The notes under the pieces were generated by a model, which was not told where the DNA came from, did no database searches, and was given only the letters and a program-made list of their open reading frames with translations. The position numbers and the translations under genes are program-made. Below are positions 1-10,234 of a stretch of DNA of 64,000 nucleotides, piece after piece; the first letter of the stretch is position 1; every line of letters starts with the position of its first letter. This DNA comes from Longimicrobiales bacterium. GTDB lineage: Bacteria > Gemmatimonadota > Gemmatimonadetes > Longimicrobiales > Gaopeijiaceae. The DNA is taken from positions 626,336-690,335 of the forward strand of contig CBDDCX010000007.1 of NCBI GenBank assembly GCA_965226375.1, written 5' to 3'.

Positions 1-2
1 GG

Positions 3-929
3 CTCGCGCTCTCGAGAAGCAGCGGTGAGGGAGGGTATGGCACGGGCGCGGGGACGATCGCGAGCACGCTCACGAGTGTGCATCCGTACGTGCAAGTCCG
101 GCTTGGGGAGCGCGCGCAGGTGTGGGGCGCGGCGGGCTGGGGCCGTGGCGGACTCGAGATCACGCCGGAGAGCGGGGCCGCGCTCGAGGCGGACCTGAGG
201 AACTCGATGGCGGCGGCGGGTGCCCGGGCGGTGCTCATGGGTGCCGGTGCGCTCGAGATCGCGCTGCGTTCCGACTTCCTCTGGACGGAGACGTCCTCGG
301 ACGGGACCGCCGCGCTGGCGGAGGCGGTGGGCACGGCGAGCCGCGGGCGGCTGATGCTCGAGGGCGCGGGCCAGATCCAAGGGCTCGGAGGCGTCGTGCG
401 TCCCAAGGTCGAGGGCGGCGTGCGCTACGACCGGGGGGACGCGGAGACCGGACGAGGATTCGAGGTGGGCGGCGGACTCGACTGGGCCCGGGGATCGCTG
501 ACGCTCCAAGTCAACGGGCGGATGCTCGTCGCCCACGCTGACGAGTCCTACGAGGAGTGGGGCTACAGCGGCTCGCTCGTCTACGAGCCGGGCGCCGATG
601 GCCTGGGTCTCCAGATGCGGGTCGGATCGAGCGCCGGGGCGGCGGCGAGCGGCATCCGGAACCTGTGGGCGCTGGAGAACGCCAGCGGCTTCGTGCGCGG
701 GGGCGCCGTGCCCTTCGCGCGACGCTTCGACGCAGAGGTCGGCTACGGGCTCGGGCGCGGAACGCTCTGGTATCCCTACTTCGTCGCCGACGATTCCGGC
801 CGGACGAGGTACGGCCTGAAGCTCAGCTCGGGCCGGAGGATGGGCGTCGGCCTCGAGTTCGGGCGAAGGGAGAGTGTGGACCTTGGGCCCCAGGACGCGA
901 TGCTCCTCCGGGGGGAGCTCAGGTTCTAG
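3..929 (+). CDS. Autotransporter-like outer-membrane beta-barrel domain, 5'-partial (frame is open from the window edge)
   Basis: The frame of ORF 78..929 has no stop back to nt 3. Alternating beta-strand pattern, 'GGVRYDRGDAETGRGFEVGGGL', and terminal aromatic residue (..GELRF). Confidence 0.75.
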   Translation, partial: LALSRSSGEGGYGTGAGTIASTLTSVHPYVQVRLGERAQVWGAAGWGRGGLEITPESGAALEADLRNSMAAAGARAVLMGAGALEIALRSDFLWTETSSDGTAALAEAVGTASRGRLMLEGAGQIQGLGGVVRPKVEGGVRYDRGDAETGRGFEVGGGLDWARGSLTLQVNGRMLVAHADESYEEWGYSGSLVYEPGADGLGLQMRVGSSAGAAASGIRNLWALENASGFVRGGAVPFARRFDAEVGYGLGRGTLWYPYFVADDSGRTRYGLKLSSGRRMGVGLEFGRRESVDLGPQDAMLLRGELRF

Positions 930-1554
930 CGGCCGGCGCTCTCCGAAGTGAACGCGACTCGAGGGATGCGTCCGTGCCGGCGTCTACGGTATGGCGGGGT
1001 TCGTGCGCGTGGCCCCCGCCCCGGCGCTCGTGGCCGGCGGCGGGCTCGCCTTCGCCGAGTCGGCCCTCGACCACGCCGAGCTCAAGATCCCGAATGTCGC
1101 CCTGACGCCCGGGAGAATCCCTAGACAGCGACATCATCCCAGGCTGCAGTCGCAGCATTCGGTAACCACCGGCGCAACACCGCCATCAGCTTCGCGGACG
1201 ACGACGTCACCTAGGGCCACCGAGGTGACGCTCGCGGTCGCGTCCGGAACAGAATCCCGCATCGGTTCGCCTGCTGCCGCGATGGCCGTCCGGCATCTGG
1301 AACGCGGCATCCTCCACTCGTGCGCTCCAACACTCTCGGCTCTCCCGTGGCGTCGGCTTCCGTCCCGGTGCCCTGAGGTGGCCGCCCCTGCTCACATCGA
1401 CGTGATGCGCCGAGCTGTAGCCGCGCCCCGCGACTCCCCGGCCAGCCTTCGAGTCACCTGGACGCACCCTCCGGGACAATATCGGGTCGTGCTCGGACGG
1501 ACGCCGCCGTCGGCGTGCGGATCTTCGCAGGCCGCGTCCCGACCGGTAGGCGCC

Positions 1555-1870
1555 ATGGAGACGCTGACGAAGCAGTTCGAATCGCGAGTGGGTGCATCCC
1601 TCGAGCGCACGGGCCTGAAGCCGTCGACGTTCGGCCTGCGGGCGGTGGGCTATCTCAACCCGGTGCGTCAGCTCCGTCCTGGCCGATCACCGAGACTGGC
1701 GATGGCCTGCCAGGTCCCCGTGTTCATCGAAGCCTGCCGCCGGGCCCATGTGGCCCCTGTTCCCTCCCCCGGGGCAACGCGCCCCGGAATTCTTCCCCGA
1801 ACAGAACGGAGGCAGACCGATGACCAGAGCAATGGAACAGGGCATGGACGCGCCCGCGCGCAGTTTCTGT
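1555..1870 (+). pseudogene. Degenerate copy of the HTH-AlpA regulator at 2541
   Basis: METLTKQFESRVGASLERTGLKPSTFGLRAVG..LRPGRSPRL aligns with MQTLEEQFNTRLNAFLGSTGLRPTTLGMQAVG..IERGRSPSL; the AlpA part is truncated. Confidence 0.7.
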
Positions 1871-2172
1871 TCGGGAAGAACGCTTTGTTCGGCCGGAGGA
1901 TCAGCCAGAAGGAACAAGCCCAAGACGCCCACGACCAGGAATCCGATGTGCTCCGCCCGCCCAAACGCGAAGCTGGATTCCTCCGACGACAGCGCGGCGA
2001 TTGACCATGCTGTGATCCCCGCGAACGCCAGACCGAGACCTGCGCGGATGAGCTGGCCGAGACTCCGAATCCACTCCGCCACTTCCTCTTCCTCCGCTCC
2101 GAAGATATCGCGGATGAGCTGGCCGACGTTCCGAGCCCACGCTTTCTCTCTCCGCGTCACAAATCGAGCCAA
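1687..2172 (-). CDS. Possible small membrane protein (start and end uncertain)
   Basis: Two hydrophobic segments (AGLGLAFAGITAWSIAA; IGFLVVGVLGLFLLA). The 3' part overlaps the degenerate HTH copy. Confidence 0.3.
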   Translation of the reverse strand: MARFVTRREKAWARNVGQLIRDIFGAEEEEVAEWIRSLGQLIRAGLGLAFAGITAWSIAALSSEESSFAFGRAEHIGFLVVGVLGLFLLADPPAEQSVLPEQKLRAGASMPCSIALVIGLPPFCSGKNSGARCPGGGNRGHMGPAAGFDEHGDLAGHRQSR

Positions 2173-2459
2173 AAATATAAGAGTCGTCCTGTTCGGAGCG
2201 ACTCTCGAAGCCCTTGATCCGTTGCCGCGGCAGGCCCGGCATCCCGCTCGGCGACCGCCCCGCGCCCCGGCATGTGAAACCTGTCATTTCCGTGTGGGCG
2301 ACGCCAAGTCGGCCGTGCCCGGGCCGACCTTCCGGTCGAGCCTCGCACCCCACCCCCCCGGCCTCGCATCCCCTGCCTCGCGGGGGCGTGCGCCACTGCA
2401 CTGGCGGCGGCCTCCAGAGCCTCCCGGACAACGTCGGATAACTACGTGCACCACGGACA

Positions 2460-2520
2460 CTTAGGAGATTTCCTAAGAGTTGACTTCCTGGCAAAGGCCC
2501 CTTCAACGTTACGGGCCATG
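2460..2520 (+). promoter_or_regulatory. Palindromic operator plus sigma70-like promoter of the ICE regulator/T4SS operon
   Basis: CTTAGGA-GATT-TCCTAAG (2460-2477) directly precedes TTGACT-N18-CAACGT. A homologous block lies on the minus strand at ~62441-62497. Confidence 0.6.
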
Positions 2521-2540
2521 ACACGGTTGGAACGGCTCTC

Positions 2541-3065
2541 ATGCAGACCCTGGAGGAGCAATTCAACACACGGCTGAACGCGTTTCTGGGCAGCACGGGC
2601 CTGAGGCCGACGACGCTCGGCATGCAGGCGGTGGGCGACCCGAGCCTGTTACGCCAGATCGAGCGGGGACGCTCGCCGTCGCTCAGGACGGCGGACCGGA
2701 TTCTGGCCTTCATGGCCGCCTACGAGCAGGACTCGGGCGGCGCGAGGGCTCCGCCCGGCCGCCTGGCCGGGCCGGGGCCGGCGACGCGGGGGAGGAAGGC
2801 GAACCGGAGCAGAGCGATGAGTGAACAACCGATCGAACAGAGAACGAACCCGCCGATCCGTTTCCTGCGGATCTCGGCTGTCGAGGCGCTGACGGGCCTG
2901 TCGCGGACCACGATCTACGACTGGTCGGCACAGGGGCGCTTCCCCCGGGCGGTCCGGCTGAGCGAGCGCGCGGTGCGCTGGATCGAGTCGGAGGTCGAGG
3001 AATGGATGGATGACCGGATCGAGCAGGGCCGGGGCGGGGACGCCTCGGCGGCAAAACACAACTGA
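2541..3065 (+). CDS. HTH (Cro-like) domain fused in frame to an AlpA-family regulator/excisionase
   Basis: C-terminal 'RFLRISAVEALTGLSRTTIYDWSAQGRFPRAVRLSERAVRWIESEVEEWM' is the AlpA signature. Internal in-frame ATG at 2817. Confidence 0.85.
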   Translation: MQTLEEQFNTRLNAFLGSTGLRPTTLGMQAVGDPSLLRQIERGRSPSLRTADRILAFMAAYEQDSGGARAPPGRLAGPGPATRGRKANRSRAMSEQPIEQRTNPPIRFLRISAVEALTGLSRTTIYDWSAQGRFPRAVRLSERAVRWIESEVEEWMDDRIEQGRGGDASAAKHN

Positions 3066-3084
3066 ACCCCAAGGAGGAGAGAGA

Positions 3085-3372
3085 ATGAGAACGTTGTCGA
3101 GAACGCTGCAAGCGGCGGCCTGGGCCACGCTGTGGTTGCTGTTCCCCGGGGTGCTGTGGGCTCAGGGGACGAGCCCGTGGGTGGAGGCGGTGAACGAGCT
3201 GCAGGCGCAGTTCACGGGTCCGATCGCGCGGGGGCTGTCGCTGATCGCGATCGTGGTGGGCGGGCTGATGTTCGCGTTCGGCGAGGGCGGTAGCAAGCGG
3301 ACGCTGGCCGGGATCATCTTCGGTCTCGGGATGGCGATGGGCGCGGCGAACTTCCTGGCCTGGCTGTTCTGA
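3085..3372 (+). CDS. virB2: TrbC/VirB2 family pilin
   Basis: AGGAGG RBS, signal peptide, 'SPW..FTGPIARGLSLIAIVVGGLMFAFGEGG' pilin motif. Confidence 0.9.
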   Translation: MRTLSRTLQAAAWATLWLLFPGVLWAQGTSPWVEAVNELQAQFTGPIARGLSLIAIVVGGLMFAFGEGGSKRTLAGIIFGLGMAMGAANFLAWLF

Positions 3373-3674
3373 TGCGGGGTCTGAGGCGCTGGGCCGGCTA
3401 TGCGGCGCTGAACCGTCCGCTGACGATCCTGGGCGTGGAGCGTAGGGGGTTTCTCCTCGTCGCGACGCTCGGGCTCGCGATGTGGAACGCGACGGCTTCG
3501 CTCGTGACGGGCGGCGTGGTGTTCGCGGTGGGCTACGGGGCCGGGTGGCTGGCCGGCCGCAAAGACCCGGACATGCTTGGCGTGCTACGGGCCGGGACGC
3601 GTTACCCGGCGCGGTTCGACCCGGGCAAGTGGGCCGAAGAGCCGTGGCATCTCGTGATCCGGAGCGGGCGATGA
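3372..3674 (+). CDS. virB3: VirB3/TrbD family T4SS membrane protein
   Basis: 'ALNRPLTILGVER' and 'RKDP' motifs, two TM segments, translational coupling between virB2 and virB4. Confidence 0.85.
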   Translation: MRGLRRWAGYAALNRPLTILGVERRGFLLVATLGLAMWNATASLVTGGVVFAVGYGAGWLAGRKDPDMLGVLRAGTRYPARFDPGKWAEEPWHLVIRSGR

Positions 3675-6119
3675 GGATCTCCGCGGAGCTCCGGGACCAC
3701 GAGGCGGCCGGCTCGCTGGCCGAGGAGCTGCCCTACTGGGGCTGGCTCGAGGACGGCCGCACCTGCCTGACCCGCACGGGCGAGCTGATCGCAGCCGGGT
3801 GTCTTGCGCCTGCGGTAGTCGATGGGCGTTCGCCCGAACAGATCGACCGCGTGCTGGGCCGCTGGCAGCGGTTGCTCTCGGGTTTGGACGCTGACACGCG
3901 CCTCTACTTCTATATGCTCCGCCGGCCAAGTCCGCCCGAGGCCGCGGACGACGAGGGCTCCGGCATCGTAGCGGTGTCGCAGCGTAAGCGGAGTGCGTTT
4001 CTGGCTCGGGCCGCGTGCAGCGGCTCGAAGCCTATCTGGTCTGGTCGCACGATCCCCGTCTCCGGGCGGTCGCCGACGGGCCAACATCGGGAAGAGCGTC
4101 CCGGCTCATGCAGTGGTGGAAGCGCCGCCGAGGGGGCGCGCCCACCTACCTGCGGTCCGAGATCGAGGCGGCCGCCGCCCGCTTTCGCGCGACGGTGGAC
4201 GCGGGCCGGGCGCTCGTGGAGGAGCACACGCCGATCGAGATGCTCGAGCCCGCCGAAGCCTCGCGGCTCCTCTCCGAGCTGATCAACCGTCCGGGCACGA
4301 TGTGGGACGGCGCGACGGGGAGCGGTATGAACTGGCGGCTCGCCCTCTCGGAGCTCGAGGCGGAGCGCAGTCACCTGCGCCTCGACGGCGAGCCCGTGAT
4401 CCTGTACTCGCTTCTGTCGCCACCCGGACAGACGCGGGCGAACCTGCTCCAGGAGCTCTACTGCCTGGACGCGGTGATGACGGTCTCGCTCGAGTGGCGG
4501 CCGTGGGCGATGGAAGCGGCCCGGCGCCGGATCCGTGGCGCGCAGCGCCACTACTTCGCCAGGCGCTACTCGATGATGGCGCATGTGCAGGAGACGGAGG
4601 GCACGGCCGCCGCGATGGTCGACTCGGCCGCGGCGACGGAGTCGGACCGGCTGGGCGAGGCGCTGGTCGAGCTGGAAGCGGACGGCGTGAGCTACGGCGA
4701 GGCCACGCTGACCGTGGCGCTCCACGGCGAGCTTGGGAGCATCGAACGTTTGGACGGCGACCTCCGTCGACTCTTCGCCGCGCACGACGCGAAGGTGATC
4801 CGGGAGGGTTACGGCCAGCTGCCGGCCTGGTTCGCGCGGCTCCCGGCCCAGCCTCGCGGGCGGCAGGTGCGGAAGGTGTTCGTGTCGGCCGGCGTGGCGG
4901 CGTGCCTGGCGCCGCTGTTCGGGCCGCCACGGGGGACGCGGCTAAGAGCCGTCACCTTGGCCGTGAGTCGCTCACGGTCTTGGAGACCCCGTGGCGCACG
5001 GCGTACCACTACGACCTGTTTGCCGGTGATGTGGGCCACACGCTGATGCTCGGCGCGACCGGCTCGGGCAAGAGCTTCACACTCAACTTCCTCCTGGTCG
5101 AGGCGCTCAGGTACGACCCGCGCGTCCTGATTCTGGATCTGGGCGGCTCCTACCGTTGGCTGACCCGGTTCCTCGGGGGGCGCTACCTGGAGCTGTCGCC
5201 CGGCGAGGCGGAGCCCACGCTCCGGCTGCAGCCGTTCGCGCTCCCGGCGGGCACGCGGACGTTCCAGTTCCTGACGGGCTGGGTGCTCCGGCTGCTGAAG
5301 CTCGGCGGTTGGGAAGCGAGCGGGGCGGATACGAGCGAGATCCGGGCCCGGATCGAGGACCTCTATGCGTTCGAGCCGGAGCGGCGGACGCTGAGCGTCC
5401 TGGCAAGCTCGCTTCCGTCCGCGACGTGGCCGGCCTGGAGCCGTTGGATCGAAGGCGGCGCCTGGGGCGCGTACTTCGATAACCCGGCCGTCGGAGCGCC
5501 GGATCTCGAGTTCGCCGACTGGCAGGTGATCGATCTCGCCGGCGCGGTCGAGCATCCGGATCTCTGCGACGCGGCGCTCTCCTACCTGCTCGAGCGGATG
5601 CGCCTCGAGGTGGAGGATCCGTCCGAGGCGACGCGGCTGAAGCTGATGGTCGTGGACGAAGCCTGGCGCTACCTGCAGGACCCCGCCGTGCTGAACTACC
5701 TGGCCGAGGCGGCGAAGACGTGGCGGAAGAAGAACGCCGCGTTGATCCTCGCCACGCAGTCCGCCGTGGACGTGACGGCAACGCCCGGCGCTGCGGCGCT
5801 CCTCGAGTCGATCCCGACCAAGCTGTTCCTCGCGAACCCGGAGCTCCCCGACGCGGTCGGGGCGCTGTTCCGGCTGAACGAGTCGGAGCTGGCCCAGGTC
5901 CGGGGCCTGATCCCCAAACGCGAGCTCTACCTGCGCCGCCCGGACGGGGCGGCGGTGCTCCGGCTCGAGGTCGATCCGGAGAGCTACTGGCTCTACACCT
6001 CGTCCGCATTGGACGCCGAGGAGCGGGCCCGGGCCGTCGAGCGTCACGGACTCAGCCGGGCCCTCGAGGTGCTCGCGAGCCGAGACGATCCCACCCCCAC
6101 CCCCAACGCAAGGAGCTGA
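3671..6119 (+). pseudogene. virB4: VirB4/TrbE ATPase, split by two frameshifts (~4010 and ~4940)
   Basis: Three consecutive frames give ELPYWG.., then the middle domain, then Walker A GATGSGKS, Walker B MVVDEAW and 'KTWRKKNAALILATQS'. Confidence 0.9.
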
Positions 6120-6125
6120 TACGCC

Positions 6126-7006
6126 ATGCGATCCCCGACTACACCCCTCGTTCTAATTGACGCTTCTCTTGGCGGCGCTTCCCTGCCGGGGCTACCGCCC
6201 AGCAGGCGGACGACGACCAAGCGTTCCTCCGAGTGCCGGTCCCGGAGGAGGGGGAGGACCGGATCCACCGGCTCCGCACCCAAGTCCGTCACACGACGGT
6301 CATCGTGCTCCCCGCCGATGAGAACATCCTGGATTTCGTGGTCGGCGACTCGGAGTACTGGCACCTGACCGGCGCGGCGAATGTCGCGTTCCTGAAGCCC
6401 CTGCGGCCGGACGCGGCGACGAACATCGCGCTCGTATGCGAGTCGGGGCGGATCTACTCGTTCCTGGTGGCCGAGCAGAGCGCCGAGGAGAACGAGCGAC
6501 CGCCCCATCTGGTCGTGCGCTTCGAGTCCGGAGCAGAGGCGGCGCGGCTCTCCGGCGGCAGCGGCCGTCCCGCGTTCGTCGCGCGGAGCGAGGTCGCGGC
6601 CTACCAGCAGATGGCCGCCGAGGCGGCCGAGGCCGCGCGGAGTGCCCGGGAGGCGGCCGAGGCCGGCATCCTGGAAGCCCGGACTCAGGCTGAGTCGGCG
6701 ATCGAGGAGTTCCGTGCCGGCTATCCGGAGCGTCTCGCCTTCGAGTACCGGCTCGACGGGGACGCGGCGGACCGGCCGTTCCTGGTCGAAGCGATGTGGC
6801 ACGACGGGCAGTTCACCTACCTCCGGTCCCACGCCCAGGAGTCGCCGGCCCTCTATGAGCTCCGGGACGGCGAACCGGCGCTCGTGGCCTACGATCTGAC
6901 GGAGGACGGGCTCTACGTCGCCCGCCATGTGCTGGCCGACGGGTGGCTGCAGATCGGCGACAAGCGGGCCAGCTGGCGGTTCACGCCCAGGGACGGGCTC
7001 CGATGA
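6126..7006 (+). CDS. virB9: TrbG/VirB9 family T4SS protein (apparent frameshift in the signal-peptide region)
   Basis: 'TTVIVLPADENILDFVVGDSEYW', 'FLKP..ATNI' and 'MWHDGQFTYL' motifs. The main frame (6233..7006) is out of frame with the RBS-ATG at 6126. Confidence 0.8.
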
Positions 7007-8268
7007 GCCGCTGGAAGCAGTGGGTCCGGCCCCCGGAAGGCGCGCTGCCGGGCGGCATCGTGACGAAGGCGGGCGTGGTGTTGATCGCCGTGCTCGTCGG
7101 TGGACTCCTCTTCTCGTGGGCGATGACGGGTCCCCAGGAAGCCGACACTCTCGTAGCCCTGCCCGAGGCGCAGGCGGTCGACGACGGGATGGGGAGGTCG
7201 CTCCAGGCGCGCATTCGGCAAGAGGCCGAGCGGCAGACTCTGGAGGCCGCCGCCCGGGCGCGCGCCGAGCTCGAGCGCCGGCAGGCTGCGGCCGCCGGGG
7301 AGATGGCTCGGCTCCAGACCGAGTCGGAGACGCCGAACACCGCAGCCTTGATCCCAGGCATCGGCGCGGCCGAGTCGGAGCTTAGGGAGGCGCTTCGGCT
7401 GGAGGAGCTGGAGCGAAGAACCCGCTCGCTCCGTGCCCTTCCCGTGGCTCAGTCGTACAGGGATCCGAACGCGACCGCGGAGTCGTCCGAAGCCGGCACC
7501 GGCGATGCGGCCGACGCGGATGTGGCGCTCCTCGAGAACACGGTCCAAGCGGCTCTCGCCTCATTCGAGCAGTCGGTCGGGGCGCTCGAGGACGAGTTGG
7601 CAGCGGAGTTGGCGGCCGGGCAGCTCCTCTCCGGCTCCCCGGGACCTGCCGCACCGCCAAGCTCTCCTCGCACCCCCGGCACGGCTGAGCCCGGCCGGAG
7701 CGTCCGGCCCGCCGACCCGCCGGGTTGGGAGCGGATCTACGAGGGCTCGTTCCTCGAGGCGGTGCTTCTCACGCAGCTCACGGGCGATTTCCCCGGACCG
7801 GTGCTCGCGATGGTCTCGGTCCCGTTCTATTCGGCCGACCGCCAGCGGATCCTGATCCCGCGCGGCGCACGCGTCGTCGGCACGGCCCGGGCCGTTCAGG
7901 ACCCGGACCAGAGCCGGCTCGCCGTCGCCTTCCACCGGCTGCTCCTGCCCGACGGCAGCTGGATCGACCTCGAGTTCACCGGTCTGAACCAGGCGGGCGA
8001 GGGCGCCCTTCAGGACCAGGTCGACCGCCACTACTTCAGCACGTTCGCGGCGGCCGGAGCCATCGGCGTCGTGAGCGGGCTCGCCTTGGCCGGCGGTTCG
8101 CCGTTCGGCCTGAGGGCGGGCGTCGGCCAGGGCCTCGGCCAGAGCGCGACCTCGGTTCTCGACCGGTTCCTGAACCGGCTACCCACGATCACGATCCGCG
8201 CGGGCCATCGCCTGCGCATCTGGTTCACGTCCGACGTCCTGGTCCCGAGGGCCGGGACACGGCAATAA
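7003..8268 (+). CDS. virB10: TrbI/VirB10 family T4SS protein
   Basis: N-terminal TM, coiled coil, 'EGSFLEAVL', 'ILIPRGARVVG', 'GEGALQDQVDRHY', 'PTITIRAGHR'. Confidence 0.9.
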   Translation: MSRWKQWVRPPEGALPGGIVTKAGVVLIAVLVGGLLFSWAMTGPQEADTLVALPEAQAVDDGMGRSLQARIRQEAERQTLEAAARARAELERRQAAAAGEMARLQTESETPNTAALIPGIGAAESELREALRLEELERRTRSLRALPVAQSYRDPNATAESSEAGTGDAADADVALLENTVQAALASFEQSVGALEDELAAELAAGQLLSGSPGPAAPPSSPRTPGTAEPGRSVRPADPPGWERIYEGSFLEAVLLTQLTGDFPGPVLAMVSVPFYSADRQRILIPRGARVVGTARAVQDPDQSRLAVAFHRLLLPDGSWIDLEFTGLNQAGEGALQDQVDRHYFSTFAAAGAIGVVSGLALAGGSPFGLRAGVGQGLGQSATSVLDRFLNRLPTITIRAGHRLRIWFTSDVLVPRAGTRQ

Positions 8269-8285
8269 CACCAAAGGAGCTCATC

Positions 8286-9194
8286 ATGCGTCACAGAACC
8301 CTTACCACCGCCCTCTTGGTCTCCATCCTGATGCTCGCGAGCGCAGGGCCGGCAAACGCCCTCTTCGACATCGGCGGCGTGATTCAGCGTGCCCAGATGA
8401 TCGTGAACCAAGCGACCCAGATCGCGAACCAGATCCGCCAGATGCGGACGATGACCCGTCAGCTCACCGAGCTCGAGGAGCAGCTCGACTACATGAAGGA
8501 GGCCGCGAGGGGCGAGGTGGACGCTTTGATCGAGCCGTTCGCGGAGCTGGCGGCCGGATCCATCGGCCTCGTCGGCGACGACCTCGACTGGGGCTCCGAG
8601 TTCAGCGGAGCGGCCGGCGAGCTGGTCGACGCGGTGCGTGGCATGGGGAGCGGCGACTCGTTCACCGATGTCTGGCGGAGCGCCCAAGGGGTGGCCGACC
8701 AGGTGAGCGAGGCGGACATCCTCGAGCTGTTCCGTAACCGCCCGGCCGAGGCGTCGTCGCGCGCGGTGGAGGACTACCGCCAGGCCCGTGAGGCAGCCGA
8801 CCGGCAGCGCGTGCTCGACTACGCGATGATGGACGCCGCGGCCTCGCTCGCCTCGACCGTCGAGAGCGCCCAGGACTCGTTCGACGACCTGACCGCGAAT
8901 GGGAACCTGTCCAACACGGCGCTCCAGCAGGCGCAGGTCGCGGCCGCGCTGACGCAGGGCCGGATCAACGCCGCCGTGGCGCAGGTGCTCGCCTATCAGG
9001 CGGTCGAGCAAGCGAACCGGATGCAGCAGGCCGAGATCGACCGGCTCGAGCGGCTCGCCGAGTGGAGGGACGCGCGCCTCCGTACGAACGCGATGGCCGA
9101 TGCGATGCGCACGGCCGCGTTCCAGAATCGCGACCGGCTCCGGGAGGGGCTCCTGTTCAAGATCCCGTCGTTCTACATGGGCGGCCAGGCGTAG
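8286..9194 (+). CDS. TrbJ/VirB5-like secreted T4SS protein
   Basis: AAGGAG RBS, signal peptide, Gln-rich helical 'QIANQIRQ..QL' pattern, position directly before virB6. Confidence 0.65.
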   Translation: MRHRTLTTALLVSILMLASAGPANALFDIGGVIQRAQMIVNQATQIANQIRQMRTMTRQLTELEEQLDYMKEAARGEVDALIEPFAELAAGSIGLVGDDLDWGSEFSGAAGELVDAVRGMGSGDSFTDVWRSAQGVADQVSEADILELFRNRPAEASSRAVEDYRQAREAADRQRVLDYAMMDAAASLASTVESAQDSFDDLTANGNLSNTALQQAQVAAALTQGRINAAVAQVLAYQAVEQANRMQQAEIDRLERLAEWRDARLRTNAMADAMRTAAFQNRDRLREGLLFKIPSFYMGGQA

Positions 9195-9212
9195 GCCCCG
9201 GGAGCGACTGTC

Positions 9213-10223
9213 ATGCAACTCCTGCCACCGCAGTCGATCGATCCGAACGTCCCGGCCCAGATCCCCGCGGATCAGCTCCAGGACTTCAAGGGGTTCCTGG
9301 ACGTCGTGCTCGACACCGTGGTCGGCGGCGCCGCGCCCGACGTGCTCACGCTCGGCCACCAGCTGTGGGGCGGTCTCGCGGCGATCGTCGTCGCCTGGAG
9401 CGGGCTCAAGATCGCGTTCAGCGGAACCTTCGAGCCCTGGTCCCTCGTGCGGGTCGTGCTCGGGATCGCGATCCCCCGGACGATGCTCCACTACTACAGC
9501 GTCCCGATCCCGGGCGTGGGCTTCACGTTCCCGGCCATGGTCGCGGCCGGAGGGATCTGGCTCCAGAACCTGTTCATCTCCGATGTCGTGTCCGTCGGCT
9601 ACACGGAGATGACCGCGCTCGTCCAGGCGTTCGCCGCACGGCTCGGCGCGGCATGGTCCGGCGGGAGCCTGATGACCCTCGTGACCGAGGGCGTGAGCGT
9701 GTTCTTCTCGTCCCTCGTCGCGCTGATGATGGGCGTGCCGCTCGTGCTCGGCCTCGTCGCGCTCTTCTGCCTGACCTACGCGCAGGTGATCTGGGCGCAG
9801 GTGGCGCTCGCGATCGTGATCCTGCTCGGCCCCGTGTTCATCCCCTGGCTGCTCTTCGAGCCGCTCGCGTTCCTGTTCTGGGGATGGTTCCGCACGCTCA
9901 TGGTCTACACGCTCTACGGCGTCGTAGCCGGTGCCATCCTGAGGGTCTTCATGGGCGTGGGCATGGGCTACGTCACGACCTATACCGGCGCCCTGATGGG
10001 CACCGGCTCCTCCGACCCGGCGGAGCTAGGGCTGTGGGTCGTCGTCCTGCTCCCGCTCGTCGTCTCCGGCCTGATGGCCGGCATGAAGGTGGGCGAGCTC
10101 GCCGCGATGCTCGTCTCCGGCTCCGGATCCGTCGGATCGGGATTCATGGCGCTCGCGGTGCGCGGCGGCGGACGCCTCAGCGCTGCCGCGAACCCGGCCC
10201 GCCCCCCAATCCCCGGAGGCTGA
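9213..10223 (+). CDS. virB6: TrbL/VirB6 family polytopic membrane protein
   Basis: Multiple TM helices with 'LLGPVFIPWLLFEPLAFLFWGWFR'. Confidence 0.85.
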   Translation: MQLLPPQSIDPNVPAQIPADQLQDFKGFLDVVLDTVVGGAAPDVLTLGHQLWGGLAAIVVAWSGLKIAFSGTFEPWSLVRVVLGIAIPRTMLHYYSVPIPGVGFTFPAMVAAGGIWLQNLFISDVVSVGYTEMTALVQAFAARLGAAWSGGSLMTLVTEGVSVFFSSLVALMMGVPLVLGLVALFCLTYAQVIWAQVALAIVILLGPVFIPWLLFEPLAFLFWGWFRTLMVYTLYGVVAGAILRVFMGVGMGYVTTYTGALMGTGSSDPAELGLWVVVLLPLVVSGLMAGMKVGELAAMLVSGSGSVGSGFMALAVRGGGRLSAAANPARPPIPGG

Positions 10224-10234
10224 AGGAGACGTCC

